IMG/VR virus record: IMGVR_UViG_3300046092_000062
Location: 61,866-125,865 of that record
From: a virus
Length of the DNA: 64,000 bases
Strand: one strand, 5' to 3'
The position numbers and the translations under genes were made by a program. Position 1 is the first letter of the stretch, and each line of letters opens with the position of its first letter. Positions 62,422 through 64,000 of this stretch are shown here, piece after piece. The notes beneath the pieces are model-generated. The model was not told where the DNA came from, did not search any database, and saw nothing but the letters and a program-made list of their open reading frames with translations.

Positions 62422-63993
62422 ATGGCTGTCGTACAGATTTCACGCATTCAGGCACGTAGAGGCCTACAACAAGATTTACCAGCACTAGCAAGCGCAGAGT
62501 TTGCATGGAGTGTTGATACACGTAAGTTATACATCGGTAACGGCACGTTAGCCGAAGGCGCCCCTACTGAAGGGGCAACGGAGATTTTAACTCAGTATAC
62601 CGACTTTGCAGCAGTATTAAAGAATTACACGTTTAAAGGCAATGCTGGCGGATATACTGCACAGACTACTACAAGCCCGCTAAATCCTATCGTACGAACA
62701 ATTCAAGACAAACTTGACGATATTGTTAGTATCAAAGACTTTGGCGCAGTAGGCGATGGCGTAGCAGACGACACCGCAGCAATTAATCGTGCAATCCAAC
62801 AAATTTACTTGACTACACGATTGACAAATTATCCTCAAGTGCGTAGAACAATCTTCTTCCCTGCAGGTACCTACAACGTAACTGGAGAAACTATTTTAAT
62901 TCCGCCATATGCTCGTTTAATCGGGGACGGAATCGAAAGTACAATCATTAAACAAACAGACGGTACACAAACTTCCTTATTCCAGTTTACTGATAGCATG
63001 TACCAGACTGGCGCATCGCTAGGACAAAACAGTGCAACCCTGCCTGGTTACATCACAATCGAAAACATGACATTAGCAACAACTAGTGATCGTGATGTTG
63101 TTGCCATTGACAGCGCAGAACATGTGACATTCTTTGGCGTTGAGTTCTTGGGTAGCCTAAGCAGTCCGACTACTGCTGGTAGTCAAGCATACGCAGGCGT
63201 AAAAATCAATTCCTTTGCAGCGACTACTAAGAATATCAATTTTTGGTCGTGCAAATTTAAGAACACACGTTACGCAGCATTAAGCGATGACGCTAGCAGC
63301 GACGTGAGAATGAACGGGTGTTTATTTGTTGGCTTGTACAAAGGTCTAAAGCTAGGCCAGAACAGTGCAAGCGTTGCAACCACTCCAAGCAACTACAAAA
63401 TTCTAAACAGCATTTTTGCCAGTGTTGCAAACAATGCAATTGACTGCTATGCAAACGTCACTGGCGTACTAAGCAGCGGCAATCACTTCCTTGACGTCGG
63501 TAACAACTTTGCAGGTTCCGGATCTCCTGTGGCATCAATTATTTCGTTTGTGGCAAACGGTAACACCAGTGCCAACGATATGTTTGATCGCCCCGATGCT
63601 GACAACGTAACAGTTCCTCGATTGAGTTTTAACAATGCTAAAAACATTGCAATTCAGGCCAACGTTGGTCTAACAGTTGGTACATATACTATCGGCACTA
63701 GCGGATATGCAGTACTAGCAGACAATACACCAGCCTTTACACAATCAAACATTAACTTAGTCAACGGGTGTACACTAACATACTCAATGACTAGAGGTAC
63801 AGGTAAGCGTTTTGGTACGTTATTCTTTTCAAACGATGGCACCACTGGAGCAAACTTCATTGAGACTGCAACACAAACTGGTTCAAACATTGGAGTTACT
63901 ATCAGTGCAAGTAACGCTAACGTAATCACATATACAACAACTTCTACTGGCTCACCTGCCATCGTTAAATACAACATCAACTACTTCAGTTAA
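62422..63993 (+). CDS. tailspike with the conserved N-terminal anchor and a pectate-lyase-type right-handed beta-helix (DFGAVGDGVADDTAAINRAIQ)
   Basis: The N-terminus MAVVQISRIQARRGLQQDL..W.VDTRKLYIGNG matches the anchor of the other receptor-binding proteins. The pectate-lyase-3 signature is present. Confidence 0.6.
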   Translation: MAVVQISRIQARRGLQQDLPALASAEFAWSVDTRKLYIGNGTLAEGAPTEGATEILTQYTDFAAVLKNYTFKGNAGGYTAQTTTSPLNPIVRTIQDKLDDIVSIKDFGAVGDGVADDTAAINRAIQQIYLTTRLTNYPQVRRTIFFPAGTYNVTGETILIPPYARLIGDGIESTIIKQTDGTQTSLFQFTDSMYQTGASLGQNSATLPGYITIENMTLATTSDRDVVAIDSAEHVTFFGVEFLGSLSSPTTAGSQAYAGVKINSFAATTKNINFWSCKFKNTRYAALSDDASSDVRMNGCLFVGLYKGLKLGQNSASVATTPSNYKILNSIFASVANNAIDCYANVTGVLSSGNHFLDVGNNFAGSGSPVASIISFVANGNTSANDMFDRPDADNVTVPRLSFNNAKNIAIQANVGLTVGTYTIGTSGYAVLADNTPAFTQSNINLVNGCTLTYSMTRGTGKRFGTLFFSNDGTTGANFIETATQTGSNIGVTISASNANVITYTTTSTGSPAIVKYNINYFS

Positions 63994-64000
63994 TTTATGT

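Overview
This window looks like a 64-kb piece of a large, tRNA-rich, mostly plus-strand double-stranded DNA phage genome of about 45% GC. The host is probably enterobacterial: the phage-borne IscU is nearly identical to the E. coli sequence I recall. All calls rest on reading the sequence and the ORF track by hand; no searches were run.

Main contents, in order:
- 0–3.1 kb: an early block with a CX5R phosphatase, a release-factor-like gene that carries an in-frame TGA, and a dense tRNA cluster. That cluster also holds tRNA-sized elements that do not fold as tRNAs and are bracketed by long inverted repeats.
- 3–22.7 kb: an accessory island of three radical-SAM enzymes, nucleotide-sugar-type genes, a putative ribosome-binding-site-less family of three paralogs with a P-loop-like motif, a PP-loop ATPase, and dCMP deaminase. 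More tRNAs are scattered through it, including a tRNA-Trp(CCA) whose D stem carries the U11-A24 pair of the Hirsh UGA suppressor.
- 11.5–13.7 kb: an ORF-free structured-RNA region. It is driven by tandem consensus sigma70 promoters, each followed by an rrn/nut boxA-like element.
- 22.7–34 kb: small early genes, most preceded by a near-identical promoter-plus-leader cassette.
- 34–50 kb: replication genes (SF2 helicase, T7-type primase, DnaB-like helicase, PD-(D/E)XK nuclease) and receptor-binding proteins that share an N-terminal anchor domain.
- 50–64 kb: a large LysM virion protein, three tandem nucleotidyltransferase-fold paralogs, two small abundant proteins behind a late-promoter-like motif, IscU and a pectate-lyase tailspike.

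No CRISPR array, reverse transcriptase or integrase was seen.
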